Shown here: positions 1 to 13,422 of the stretch, piece by piece
Position numbering within the stretch: the first letter of the stretch is position 1
How the letters are laid out: every line of letters begins with the position of its first letter
Assembly (NCBI RefSeq): GCF_000400465.1
Contig: NW_008806286.1
Span: 263,865-295,864 of the forward strand
Length of the DNA stretch: 32,000 nt
Direction: 5' to 3'
DNA from: Wallemia ichthyophaga EXF-994
Lineage: Eukaryota > Fungi > Basidiomycota
Notes under the pieces: model-generated
Databases searched by the model: none
What the model was told of the DNA's origin: nothing
The model's input: the letters and a program-made list of their open reading frames with translations, nothing else
Program-made: the position numbers and the translations under genes

Positions 1-1380
1 GTAATCACGACATTAGGACCGCAATTCGCAACAGCACCGGCCCAAGACCTAGCCTGTTTGTACCAGAGGTAGCATTTGAGCTGCTTGTGAAGCCGCAAAT
101 TAAGCTCCTCGAACCTCCTTCTTTGCGCTGTGTTGAATTGGTGTATGAGGAATTAATGAAGATGTGCCATAACAGCTCAAATGCTGAGCTCGCACGCTTC
201 CCACGTCTCCATGCACAACTTATTGAGGTAGTTTCCGATCTACTCAGAGAGAGACTCGGACCTACGGCGGAATACGTTCAGTCACTCATCGCAATCCAGT
301 CTGCGTACATCAACACCAATCATCCATCATTTGCGCCCGGTACAGCGCAGTACGCAGCCGAGGCGCAGAAGGAGAAGCAAAAGCAACAGCAGCTCAAATA
401 CGCATCTATGACAAGCAGTATTGACGAGGAGAGGGAAAGGGAGAGTGAAGGGGAGCGTTCGAGTGGTGCAGTAGACGACAGCATGGCGATTGAAGCTAGA
501 CCTGGTAACAATGCGCAGAATGATGCTCGTCATCAATCGCTTACGGCGCAACTTCTTAGTGGTGGTGGAGAGGAGAGTGCTTTTGGACAGTCGCAGTCAC
601 AAGGACAGTCGCAGTCACACCTCCAGTCTCAACCTCACACTCAATCAAGGAGGAGACACGGTATGCAGCACCCTCACGCACACACCCATGCGCCATCACA
701 GAGTCAGACAGCGCGCGATACATTTCTCAACTACTTCTTCGGCGGTGCAGACGCCGCAAGCTCCGTAAGCAATGGCGCATCTAATACACGCACACCCGTT
801 AGAGATGTGGACGGAGAGGCGCGTGAGCAGCGTAATTACACTCACTCTCACACCCCCTCCAAATCTCACACTAATCCCCTCAACGGCCGCAGCGGACTTG
901 AGGGCTCAGCTGCGGCTTATGACATGAAGAGTCTCGGCAGGCACCTCGAGCCTGTGCCCACTATTGACGAGGGCGGCAGTGCTGTTTCCGAGAGAGAGGA
1001 TATGGAGACGACTCTTATTCGCAGCCTCATTGCGTCATATTTCGCTATCGTTAGGCAGTCGATTGAGGACCTCGTACCTAAGGCTATCATGCATCTCTTG
1101 GTGAATTTCTCTAAAGATCTCATTCAAGATAGGTTGGTTGCCTCGCTATATAATCCTGATGTGAGTATGAAGAGTACACCGTTTGCGAGCATGCTTTCTA
1201 ATTTTGTTAAAGATATTCGACGAGCTCCTCTACGAGGATGAGAATATCGTGAATGAACGCAACCGCGTTAAGAACCTCATGGATGCTTATAAACAGGCTT
1301 TCACTGTCCTCGCTGAAGTTAATATGCCAAAGAGTGGCGCGGACAGTGTAAGCAGTACCACTATGAACAGTACCGTGTAG
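1..1380 (+). CDS. DNM1: Dynamin-related GTPase for mitochondrial/peroxisomal fission; 3' part only (middle domain, insert B, GED)
   Basis: Frame is open from position 3 (NHDIRTAIRNSTGPRPSLFVPEVAFELLVKPQIKLLEPPSLRCVELVYEEL). It has the insert-B motif RDTFLNYFFG and the GED sequence LIRSLIASYFAIVRQSIEDLVPKAIMHLLVN. Intron 1161-1212 (GTGAGT..AAG) joins to IFDELLYEDE; stop TAG at 1378-1380. Confidence 0.95.
585..619 (+). repeat. 18-nt-period coding duplication in Dnm1 insert B (GQSQSQ twice)
   Basis: ggacagtcgcagtcaca at 585-601 and 603-619. Confidence 0.85.
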
Positions 1381-1449
1381 ATCATATGTACACTCTTATG
1401 TAACTATTCAACCTCTATGGATTTCACTCTTCTTTAAATACACAAAATG

Positions 1450-3639
1450 TTACGATTCCATCTCACCCTCTTCGACACTATCATCAGTACGAGCTTTCTA
1501 CGGGACATGTCAGTACATTCGCACACACACAAGCACCTATACTCACCTTTATCTCCCTTTCGTCTGGATGCGGACTCTTAGATCTGCGTCTCTCAGCCCT
1601 CCTCTCATCCCTTTCCTTTTCTCTCTCCTTATCTTTAAGCGATGTGCTATCTCTCCTCTCTCGCCTTCTGGAATCAGCCCTGTCACGCTCTCTATCTTTG
1701 AGGCGTTTCATAAAACGTTCGAAAGCTGTCTGGAATGCCTCTGTGTCATCCTGGAGGTGTCTCCCTTCAGGCAGCTCCTTGAGACGTGGGAGGACATCAA
1801 TGAAGGCGTCATCAGCATCCAGTGGTGGATCCAAGTAGCGCATCGCACTGCGCATGTCATCAATCATTATTCGACGCTTGCGTTCGGCTTGCTGCGTCGC
1901 CTCTAACTTCTGTGCTGCATATTGCTGATTTATCTGCACATCACGTTAGTTGAGTGTTTGTGTGTATGTATGTGGAGTACTCCCAACTCACCACTCGGTG
2001 TATATCCGCAACGGACCATTCATCCCACTCTACACTCACATTCACTCCGTGCTGCTCGAGTAGTGACGCAAAGTGATCGTAATCGACCTCCTCATTAAAT
2101 TTCACATTCTTTTGTAACAGCGCTTCCTCAACTCTTTGCGCTACTTGTTCAGCACGTACTTGGAATTCATCGACCGTGTCCCAAAATAACTCAAGCGCAG
2201 TCGAGCCTGAGTTACCGGCGATTTGGAAGAGACGCGGATCATCTTTGATGTCGTCGATAATGTCTTTCCATTTCGTGTGTATGTTGATCTTGCCTGAGTT
2301 TACGAGATCTTTGAGAAGTGTCTATGGTGGTTTAGTGGGTTAGCAATGTTTAATCCGTAGTGCGTTCTACTCACAACAAACGCCTCCCTCTTTCTTCGTT
2401 GATCGCGCTTCCTCTCAGTTTTCATCTTCTTCTTGCGCTCTTGCCAAGCTTTCTCGGCAGCTATCAAACTGTCCTCGTACATGTTGAGGACATCGACCAT
2501 ATCAATACGCTGCAACTCGCTATCATTCCGCCACTCTCTCGACGACTTCAAATCGCTTTTGAATTCAGCCCACTTTGTGTCCATCGAGATTGCAGTTGTA
2601 TCAATATACTTCCTCATCTTGTTTAAATTCCTCTGTTTCATCTTCACCTCTTCTTCCTCTTCTTGTCTCTGGATATGTTTGAGATACTCATCGAACAGCA
2701 TCTTGCGCTCGACGTCGTCTCTGCAATTCTGCCAGCTACGCTCTTTGGTTAATTTGGGATCTGTTGAGATAACAGCGCGTAATGTGCTCCATTTTGTATA
2801 AGGGTGTACTCTACCACTCCGCGCGAGCATGTCTCTGAACTGTGGACGTAATTTATCCATTCTGCGTGACTTTTCAGCGCGCTCTTCTTCAGAAACAGTG
2901 CGAATATATTCTGCGAAATAGTCTTTCTTCATTGAGAGTGATGGTTCGAGTTTCCAAGCAGGACTTGTAATGAGCTCTCTCATAGTAGCTTCCCAAGTCC
3001 AATCTGGAGCGACCTGTTTCTTTTTGAAGAGATCCATTAACGCCAACTTGGCTTCGTATGGTGTAACTTCGGAGGGTAAACCGGGGGTTACTGAACCAGG
3101 ACCTGCGCCGATAGCTAGTGGTGTTCCTGAACCTTCTAAGGTTGGTGTACCTGTTGCACTTACACTTGCACCTGCACCTGAACCAGCACCAATTTGAAGC
3201 ATGGGTGATTGCGCACTCGCTTTCAACTCTTCTCGCTTCCTCTCATCTTCAGCAGCCTTATTCTCCTCATCGATACGCTTCTCTTCTGCTTCTCTCTCGG
3301 CAGCAATTCGATCAGCAGCTGCCTTCTCTTCTGCATCGATGGCGTCCTTTAATTGACGCAATTCATCTGGAATATTCCAAGTTGATTGCTTTGTAGATTT
3401 ATTATACCAGTATGTTTTATCATTAACTGTATTTAATCCCCACTCAGAAGAATCCACAGCGTGCTGCGATTGGGTAAGCACACATACTCAAATATCCATC
3501 AACTCACATCAAATCTAGTCTTGAGCTCAGTTGGCTTAACCCAACTACTAGCCTTTGTCACTCTATTATGCCAATACACTTTCCCATTCGTTGCTTTATG
3601 CTCTGTCCAATGTGATGGCTCTGACGGCTCTGATGACAT
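1450..3639 (-). CDS. PRP40: U1 snRNP-associated splicing factor Prp40 (2 WW domains, FF repeats, RS-rich tail), about 661 aa
   Basis: Exons 3639-3508, 3463-2375, 2321-1992, 1933-1547, 1497-1450 (1986 nt). WW domains WTEHKATNGKVYWHNRVTKASSWVKP and WGLNTVNDKTYWYNKSTKQSTWNIP; FF-like repeats; all introns GTGAGT..YAG. Confidence 0.92.
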
Positions 3640-4023
3640 GGTTGCTTGTGTTAAACGAGTATAAGTACCAAAATTATGCATGTATTAGATTATTTTCTTC
3701 ACAGAAATCTGATTATTATCTTTATTTGTCATTTTAAACGCAGTTACGTTTAAAACCCTCCGATGAAAATTTTGTATCTTTAGTGAGACCTGGATAATTG
3801 AAAGAAGCGCTTGATTTAAGCTGTTTAATGAGTGAATGAGTGAGTGTGTCGATTAATGAGCGTGTCAGCGTGGTTATACGTGATTGAATGCTGGGAAATG
3901 AATGTTTGAATAGCAGGCATACGCAATGCAAGGCATTATTTAGTGTGTGTAGGGGTATATTATTGTTGGTATCTTCTGAGTCTTGTTGTGATTAATCTTA
4001 TTGTGATCATTGCTTCCATCTTG

Positions 4024-5730
4024 TTACTCCATCTTGGGGCGTTGAGTCAAGTCTGCACCTCTTACTATAGATTTCATAAATTGAATGAATCGATCTCCAT
4101 ATTGCTGCGCTGGTACTGCCGATATCATTTGTGATTCATGCGTCAAAGATTTCCACCGATGTTCGATCCGTTTGACGAAATTGTACGGTGTACAGATATC
4201 TATTACACCAAGCTGTAAAAGAAGATTAGTTTGTTTCTTCACTTATAAACTAAAGCTCACGTAGTATATCATATTCAAATCTTCGTTGTTATCATCAGTA
4301 GCTCTGTACCCTCCTTCATCTTGATAGAACCAGAAATGACGTCGTTCAGCAATATCTGCATTATTCAAAGCGCGCGTTGGATCCTTGTCGAGATTCTTAG
4401 GCTCTGTTCGTTTAATAGACATACGGACATTACGACCTTCGCCTCTATGGATAGCGCTTGACATTCGTCTTTGAATTGATGTACTACCCGTGTTCAAAGG
4501 CTGATCTTCAGGTACTGGCTCTTCTAGTTGAGGCTGGTATACTTTGAGTGTCTCCTTGCGTCGACCTTCAGAGTTTCCCCTGGTCATATCATGAATACCC
4601 AACAAGAGTGAATAATCCATGATGCCCAATTTCTGTAGCAACATGGTATCTCTTTGGAGTTGAGTAAGGAATAGAGCGCGCTTTTCAGGTCCTAACTCAA
4701 GTGAGCGATGTCGATTAACCCAATTCTTGTCTTTTAGTACCGCGCCTGGCTTTTCTCTGGCCTTCTCTTCTGGATACTCTCTACCTATGGCTGAACCTTT
4801 GAGGTCGTAAGTCTCATGAATATCTCTATGCGGAGGGAAGAGGTTGTTCATGATAACAAAGTGAATTTTGCGACCACGAGGTAATTTAACACGATGTAAA
4901 CCGTAGAAACGAGAGAGTAGAGTGTGTGGGTTGCTCTTTACGTGATTATAATAATCTTTGAGTATAGATCGGAGGAATTTATGTTCGGTATGTGATACGG
5001 TTTTGATTATGTACTTGAAATCACGGGAAAAGTAGAAGAAAGAGCCAGATTTACCTGGACTACCGAGTTCAGTGAGGATATATTTAGCAGTGAGAGAGAG
5101 TAGGTAATCAGCGGGGTCTAGATGAAAGTAATCATCACGTAAGCTTCTAAAGACCCAAGGAGCGTAATCTTTAAACTTGAAGTCGTATTTTGCAGACGGA
5201 GTAAGCTCATTACCGATAATATCGAAACTGAATTTGTGCTTTGCTTTGAAATCAGCGTCAGAAAGGGGCTTTCTGAGTTTAGCCTGGCAGCGAGAGACGC
5301 CAATGCGTATACCAGTGAGCATATTGTACATAAGGACGTAATTTGCGTGGTCTTCGCCGATCAAGTTGCCAACGAGGGGTTGTTCAGAGGACTGACGCTT
5401 CTTTATAGCCTGAGACTCGTGTTGCTCTTGAGCTTGTTGAGCCTGCTGAGCGACTTTAACTTTATCAGCGCGTTCTTGCTTCAATTGAGCCTGTCTAAGA
5501 GCGATATCGTCGTCAACGTTTGAAGTGGAAGAGAGTGGAGGAGATAAAGGCTGTGGGGAAGGAACAAGGGAATTTAAAGATTTCTGCTTTATATTTGGTT
5601 TGGTGGTGGTGATTGCTGCCGAAGACGGGTGGAGGTGGTCAATAGAGGGTTCATTCAAGCTAACGGGTGGACTCGGTGGAGGTTCAAATGATCTGTGCTC
5701 ACACTCCTTCCACTGCTGATCGATTTGCAT
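4024..5730 (-). CDS. MSS4: Phosphatidylinositol-4-phosphate 5-kinase, about 552 aa
   Basis: Exons 5730-4261 and 4212-4024. PIP5K motifs FKFKDYAPWVF, SPGKSGSFFYFS, YIIKT, YDLKGS, MDYSLL and LGVID. Confidence 0.96.
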
Positions 5731-5840
5731 TTTTATATTTAAAATTCAATTATCCAAGTTGGTGGTCGTTGAGTCTAGACGCCGGCTGCGTCCTTTGATC
5801 CAGTGCAGTGATTCAAGGAAAACAAGGAAATTGAAGTAAA

Positions 5841-8105
5841 ATGGTAAATTATCTTTCTAAATTAAAAATTAAATATAATTAAAAGATTTACAGGGACTTC
5901 TCTCGCTTGGTACTCCACTTGATTGGCCAGAAGCAAAGAAGCTGGCTGATTACGTGAGATCTAACGGTGTACACCAGTTCTTGTCTATATTCTACAATTA
6001 CAAGAATAGACAAGGTGAGCCATTATTATGGGGTGATGAGGTTGGTCGCGCTTTTCCCGCTTTCTGGCTGGCTAACTTGGTGTAAGATTGAGTACATGGT
6101 TATCCTGCTCGACGAGCAGTCTCAATCTGCTAAACTCAGTTTAAGACAATCTGAGATTTTGGAGAACCTTAACAATGTTACCCAACACATCGCAGACGAC
6201 TCGTCCTCCTCCTTCGTTAAATCTCAAGTCCCCGGTTTTCACCCCGAATTCGGCCGTTACATGATTGAGTCCACCCCCGGTGTTCCTTACTCGGCCGGTT
6301 TAAAGGAGCTTCTCACCGTAGAAGTTAATATGCGTCTTCGGAGGAATATCACTAAGCATCATTTGCCACCGAACCACCTTCCACTCACTCTAACCTCTTT
6401 CCCCACTCTCGGCGTCAATTACCCCTTCCTGGATCCTCATTATCCTCCTAAAGGCAAAGTCTCCGGCTCCCTCTTTCTCCCCGATGAGCTCATCAACCCT
6501 CACGTCCGTTTTCCAACTCTAGCTGGTAATATTAGAAAGAGAAGAGGCGCTAAAGTTGAAATCAATGTTCCTATCTTCTTTGACACAAACACTCCACGCC
6601 CTTTTATCGATAAATCTATTCCATACGACAGAAACCTCTTCGAAGGTGATAACGAGGCTAAAAACGGCGCTGCAAAGCCTGATCACATATACATGGATGC
6701 AACCGGCTTTGGTATGGGCTGCTCTTGTCTCCAACTCACTTTCCAGGCTTGTAGCGTCAATGAGGCTTTCAACGTCTACGACGCTCTCGCTCCTGTTGCT
6801 CCAATCATGCTTGCTCTCACCGCCGCTGCTCCTGTCTACCGCGGTTACCTAGCCGATGTTGACGCTCGCTGGAATGTCATCTCAGCCGCTGTCGACGATC
6901 GCACCAAGGAGGAAAGAGGCGAGGAGCCACTGAAACACGACAAATATAGAATTCCAAAGAGTCGATACGATAGTATAGATTCTTATTTATCCACCTCTAA
7001 ACGCAATAGACCTGAGTATAACGACAATCCATTGCCTATGAATAAAGATGTCTATGATGAGCTTATAGCTGCTGGTATAGAGACACCACTCGCTAAACAT
7101 ATTGCACATCTCTTTATACGTGATCCACTTGCTATCTTTAGTGAACTTCTTCAGCAGGACAACTCAAAGTCTTCCGACCATTTCGAAAACCTACAATCGA
7201 CTAATTGGCAGACACTGCGTTTTAAACCTCCACCTCCGCAGTCAAATATTGGATGGAGGGTTGAGTTTAGATCTATGGAAGTTCAGCTCACCGATTTTGA
7301 GAACGCTGCCTTCTCAGTTTTCATAGTACTCCTCACTCGAGCTATTCTCTCATTCGATCTCAACTTTTACATGCCTATCTCAAAAGTGGATGTTAATATG
7401 CAGAGGGCACAGGAAAGAGATGCTGCCAAAACTGGTAAATTCTACTTCCGCAAGAATGTCTTCCCTAAGCGTGACAAGACGGAGTATAGTTTCGACAGTC
7501 CGAGATTAGGGCCTATCAAGTCGTTCGATAATGTAAAAGGGTTGAAAGAGGAGGAGTCGCATTTGAACGGGAAGAGAACAGCTTCTTCAGACAGCCTCTA
7601 TTCAAATTACAACTCCTCCATCAACCCCGATGAGGAGATAGAGGAGATGTCAATGGACGACATTATAAATGGGAAAGAAGACTCATCATTCCCTGGTCTG
7701 ATGGGCTTGGTGTATGCTTATCTCCACTCACTGAATGTGGATATCGAGACAAAGTGCGAACTGAAGAAGTATCTCCAATTCATCAAGGATAGAGCATCAG
7801 GAAAGTATGTCACCTTCGCGACGTGGATACGCAACTTTATGAGATCGCATCCAGACTACAAGGGTGATAGTGTCGTCACTGCAAAGATGAATTACGATTT
7901 CATCATTGCTGCTGACGAAATAGAGAGAGGGGTGCGTCACGAACCAACACTCCTACCACCGACGTACATTGGCAGTGACAAAGTGAAGGAGCCATCAGTG
8001 AGCGACCTCTGCAACTCAGTCTCGAACGACCCCGAACCACCAAAAAGACCAACTCCAACTGATGGTTTGGCTAGATTGAAGGGAAGCAATTATTATACCG
8101 TTTAA
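5841..8105 (+). CDS. GSH1: Glutamate-cysteine ligase (gamma-glutamylcysteine synthetase) catalytic subunit, about 722 aa
   Basis: Exons 5841-5843 (ATG only), 5894-6040, 6087-8105 give MGLLSLGTPLDWPEAKK..LLWGDEIEYM. Motifs PEFGRYMIESTPG, YMDATGFGMGCSCLQ, DHFENLQSTNWQT and GWRVEFRSME. Confidence 0.97.
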
Positions 8106-8163
8106 CGTCGTTTCGTATCTCATTTCTGTTGTTTATCTATGTATAAATACTTTTTTCACAAGG

Positions 8164-11100
8164 TTAGATAGTGTCTTGTTTTGTATATCCTTGTGTACGT
8201 TGCAGCTTTACACTGAAACGGTCTTTGCAGCCGAGATGTGTGACCTGGCCACGAGGGGAGTGTACAGAAATGACACTATTCCCTAAACGTTTTAGGCATT
8301 CCGGACAGCTATGTTTGTTAGCTTTGCAGTGTACAGGGGCGTAAAAGATTTTAACTCACACTCTGTTGTCATCCACAACAACATACCTGCTCTCCAAATC
8401 TACCAGCTTCGCAGCCAGTCGTGTATCTTCAGCTTTACGAATATTAGCAGTGACAGAGTTCCATCTTTGTTTTCCAACGATAGCTTTGTAGCTGCGCAGC
8501 AAGAATACGTTCAACTCATCGACCGTAGTGATGCTTGGAATGAGGTTAAGCACCTCGCTGAGATTGAACTTGGTGGGAAACGCGGTGAGCAAAAGGACTG
8601 CTTCTTTCATATAGAGTGCATTGGGTGCATTGAGCGGATTGGAAGTGTCATCAGAGATAGGCGTGCGCGACGGGGTCGGTGACGGCGACACCGAAGCCGA
8701 CGCGGACGAAGTCTTGTAATAGCTCGCCGGTGCTGTACGTTCATCACACCGGAGATATAGCTTGAGCAGCTTTGTGTATATCGACCGATCCTTGCTCTCG
8801 ACGTGATTGCAGTACTTCTTGGCGCTATCATAGTCGCGCAAGTCGAGTGCGTACAGGCGCAGCGCGTCATCGTGCCGCCCCAGACGGTCGGCGAGGATAG
8901 CGCGCGCGAGGAGGAGAGCTTTTACTAGTTAGCATAAAGTGCAACAACGAAAACAACAAGATGAAACCACCCACCATCCGCTGGAATACCTCTGAGCCGT
9001 TCTTTCGGTGCATACTGCTGACTACGTGATAAGAAGGCGACATAAGAAGCGTATGTGCTGTCGAAAGAGGGTGTGTTTCGACTATGTAATGTAGCTTGTA
9101 GGAGCGCGTCAGCATAGTAGTCATGCAGCGCTGGATCCTGGTCGTTAATCTCCTCTGTGGCGTATTTGAGATAGCGCAGGCTGAGATGGCTGTCGATGTC
9201 GTGAAGGTAGTGCGCGACGCGCAGACGCGGCAGACTCTCCACCCTCTCGTCGTCTGCTATAAATATCTGGTACAGGTTTGAGAGAGGTACACAGAAGAAA
9301 GCCGCTCACATACCTGTATCGCTATGTCTTTGTTCACGTCGAACATCCATCTCGATTTGTCGAGTATGAGATCGATATACTCTCGACCTAGCTGTTGCGT
9401 GTAGGCGATGCACGGCTCTAAGTCACTTTCCTCATTACCATTCTCATTCTCATTCTCACTTTCGCTCTCAAGACACAATCTGTGGTGATAATGAGAGCTG
9501 ATCAATTCAACGAGAACAACCATACCTTTTGAGCAGGTCGAGAGCTTTGCCATGCATATTTTTACTCTTGTAGAGGGACACTAATTCACTGTATTTCTGG
9601 AGTGTGGGTGTGTGTTAGCCAGATGAGTATTTGGGAAGCATATCACACACTCTTCTGTCGAGGAGTGAAACCTCCACCTCCTCAGGCTGACAGTGATTCT
9701 CGAGCCGACACAGAGAGCCAACGAGTGCAGGTCTAGTTTCTATATAAGCTTTGAACAGCGCAGTGTCGACGACAGCAGCCAACACAGCGAGCTCACTGCC
9801 GTTAAGGCTCTCTGCCGGGCTGCTCGGGAGGTCGAGGAGCTGCTGTTTGGTGAGATCGGTGAGTTTCACGTTGAGAGATGTGCACGCAGAGTGCTTCTTC
9901 TGGCTCATGCTCCCCTTCAATTTCTGCCTTCTGTCAGTGAGATAGCGCAGTAGGGCTTCAATAGAGCTCTTCTCTTTTTTTGCTGTCCGAGCAGTGCCAT
10001 TGCTCTTAACCGACGCGGAGTCCGTGTCGCTCTTGATTGAGGACATAGAGGCAGAGTTGTGGATAGCGTCTTCGCACTCACTCTCCCCCCTCTCGTCGAC
10101 GTGTTTGTACAGCTTGGCGAAGTCCCCGAAGAGGATGCTCCACTCGTGCGTCGGTGTGTACAGCCTACCTGAGATGTTTTCGGGGAAGAGTGCAATCACT
10201 TTGGCGGGGTTGGTGTGCAGTTCGATAAAAATATCAATCGCGTCGTCAACCAACCCCGCATCGACGAGACTGATGGAGTAAAGTTGAAGTATTTTAAGGC
10301 GCAGTTCCGCCTGCTCAGCTTGGGTAATGTCAATACCGCTACCACTGTCGAGGAGCGCGAGCGCCTCGTCATATTTACCCTGCTTGACGCTGCTGTCGAT
10401 GAGCAGCTTAGTGTTGACCAGTTCTATAGTAGAGACACCGTCCGGGGCATCAACGTAAAGTACAGAGGAGGATTTGTGGAGAAAGCTGCATACGACTGGG
10501 AGGACCTGCACCAGTTCGAGAGTATAGGAGGAGTAGACGTGGGTGGAACCCGTCTCGTTGGAGTATGGAGGAATAGTGATGTATATGAATGGCCTGGCTG
10601 AAGCTATGTCATCTGCGGATGCAGGTATCGTCGTAGATTTCGCAATGACGCCATCCTGATCGATGACGAGGACTTGGGTGCCATCGACGAGGATAATGTG
10701 CTCACTGTCGAGAGGAGTCATAAGAGGCTTGGAGCGGTAGAGAAAGCCGGTGAGGTTTGCAGTGAGGGAGGATTTGTTGGTGCTGGGGAGAATGACGTCA
10801 TTTATCGAGTAAACGGATTGAGACTTGATATCGAATTGGATGAGGGAGTATTCAGAAGCTGAGTAAGCGATGAATGTGGTGTAAGGGTTGAGTATCTTCA
10901 CCAGTTTGGGAGTGTTGGGCAGTGGAATGTCGGTGTGTTGAGCTGTGTCTTGTGTCCAGGTGTAGACAGACACCTTACGTTTGGTGACCACAGCGAGAAG
11001 GGATTGGATGGGCGTGGGCGTTTCTAGCGGATCTATCGGCCGTAGCCGTATGCGCCGTTTAGATGTGCCCCTCTTACGGCCTTGCATCGCAGCCTCCGCG

Positions 11101-11462
11101 GAGAGAGAAGAGTGAGTGGAATTGAGAGTAGAAATAGCGACAACGTTCTTAATAGAGAGGTTTATATCGCGTAAATCAGCCATTTTGTGTAGACTGAGCG
11201 TCGAATCACCCAAAATGGCCATTAGCTGTGGCTGCTGGAGGATTTCAAGGGATTCAAGTAATTTCCTAGTGTCCTTGTAAGAGTCCAAGATAGTCCAGTC
11301 CATAGAGTAGCTAAGTATAGAGGAAGCACTGGCTAGACATATCCGCTGATTATCTACGTGTTGATTGCGTTAGCGGGAGATTACTTATCGCTACAATGAC
11401 ATACGCTCGACCAAACCATTTGTGTGTGTGTTGTTGATTTTTAATTTCAATTCCACAGCCAT
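8164..11462 (-). CDS. VPS39: HOPS complex subunit Vam6/Vps39 (CNH beta-propeller, helical repeats, C-terminal Cys/His domain), about 997 aa
   Basis: Exons 11462-11405, 11353-9651, 9596-9526, 9479-9314, 9266-8975, 8918-8360, 8308-8164 (2994 nt). Motifs VDTALFKAY, LCRLENHC, ILADRLGRHDDALRLY and C-terminal CPECLKRLGNSVISVHSPRGQVTHLGC. The first exon is inferred from the 51-nt GTATGT..GCTAAC..TAG intron at 11404-11354. Confidence 0.88.
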
Positions 11463-11504
11463 CGTCGTGGTCGTCGTGGTCGTCGTCGTCGTATCGGTAC
11501 AGCC
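11463..11504. repeat. Imperfect (GTC)n trinucleotide tract filling the VPS39-DPM1 head-to-head spacer
   Basis: cgtcgtggtcgtcgtggtcgtcgtcgtcgtatcggtacagcc, read directly between the two ATGs. Confidence 0.85.
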
Positions 11505-12406
<902 letters not shown>

Positions 12407-12425
12407 TTTACAATATTTGGTTCTT

Positions 12426-13313
12426 CTACACAATTCCACCAATTCTCCTCCTGTCGAGATCTGCATTGACGCTGTCGTGTATTTGCTTGGCCAGAGTGTG
12501 TGCACGTTCAGTAGCATATCCAACGCACTCTAGTACACGCTCCACCGATAGCACTTTCCCGCCTTGTTTGTTCAGCGTGAGTAATTCTTTCTGGGGCGTA
12601 GTGGTGACCATAAAGCACGCGTCGCTGAGCTGGGCCTCGATAGCGTTGGGATCGAGTACGGCGATATCCCCGCCGCCTTGAGTGTCTTGAGTGTCTTGAG
12701 TGTCCAAGAAAGCAAATGTAAAGCTAATGGGGGTGTGGTTTATAGCCAGAGGAACGGGAGTGCGTTCGTCGAGGGGATGGTACGTCACCTCGCCGCCCAC
12801 GACGGTAGCTTCAGGCTTACGGAAATGGAGGAGAGCCGCTGTGCACGCTGTCACGCCCGCGTCTACGAGGTTGCCGTCGTCGGCCATGTAATGCAGAGTG
12901 AGAGCGATCGACCACACTTTCTCTCCGCCGACAATACACAGCGCTTCACGGTCAACCATTCCACTCCGCCGGATAGCCTTGTCGAGTTGACGGTTCAGCG
13001 TCGCTTCTTCTTCGGCCGTGTTGCCGCGTAGCCCTGACTCGTAGTGCGCCATCGCCATCGCTGATAACTCACTGCTAATGCTCATCTGTCCCTCGTACGG
13101 CCGCTCGGGGAGTGGAGACGTCACCGTGCAGCTCACTGAGCACATGACTTTGCTTTCTCCCAGCTTCACCGTTACGCTGCCTAGCCCTTCCCCGTATTCT
13201 AGCTCTAGCCTCCGCGCTTCGAGGAGTGAGCGGCCGTCAAGACGCTTGTTGTCTTTGAGTGCATTTATTATAAACTCCTTGTTGTTCACGTTCACCTCGA
13301 GTTTTCTGGGCAT
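12426..13313 (-). CDS. RRP45: Exosome core RNase PH-like subunit Rrp45, about 295 aa, single exon
   Basis: RLDGR motif, GSVTVKLGESKV, PERPYEG, VDREALCIVGGEKVWSI, DDGNLVDA and ALLHFRKPE. Confidence 0.93.
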   Translation of the reverse strand: MPRKLEVNVNNKEFIINALKDNKRLDGRSLLEARRLELEYGEGLGSVTVKLGESKVMCSVSCTVTSPLPERPYEGQMSISSELSAMAMAHYESGLRGNTAEEEATLNRQLDKAIRRSGMVDREALCIVGGEKVWSIALTLHYMADDGNLVDAGVTACTAALLHFRKPEATVVGGEVTYHPLDERTPVPLAINHTPISFTFAFLDTQDTQDTQGGGDIAVLDPNAIEAQLSDACFMVTTTPQKELLTLNKQGGKVLSVERVLECVGYATERAHTLAKQIHDSVNADLDRRRIGGIV

Positions 13314-13422
13314 TTTCGTGGTTTCGATTCGAGGAAGCGAGAAGACAGGAAGACATGAAGACACAGACAAAACGACAAAGAGACAAAGAATAAATGCATT
13401 TATATTCCTACATGTAACACGC

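Noticed and set aside
3943-4134. Short hydrophobic ORF resembling a small membrane protein
   Set aside because: Starts at GTG, overlaps the MSS4 last exon and 3' UTR in antisense, and its hydrophobicity follows from T-rich composition.
5967-6086. ORF-track N-terminus of GSH1 (MYTSSCL..)
   Set aside because: Artefact of reading through intron 6041-6086; the spliced model restores the conserved MGLLSLGTPL..WGDEIEY start.
10215-10601. 128-aa plus-strand ORF
   Set aside because: Antisense shadow of the VPS39 coding exon with no recognisable motif.
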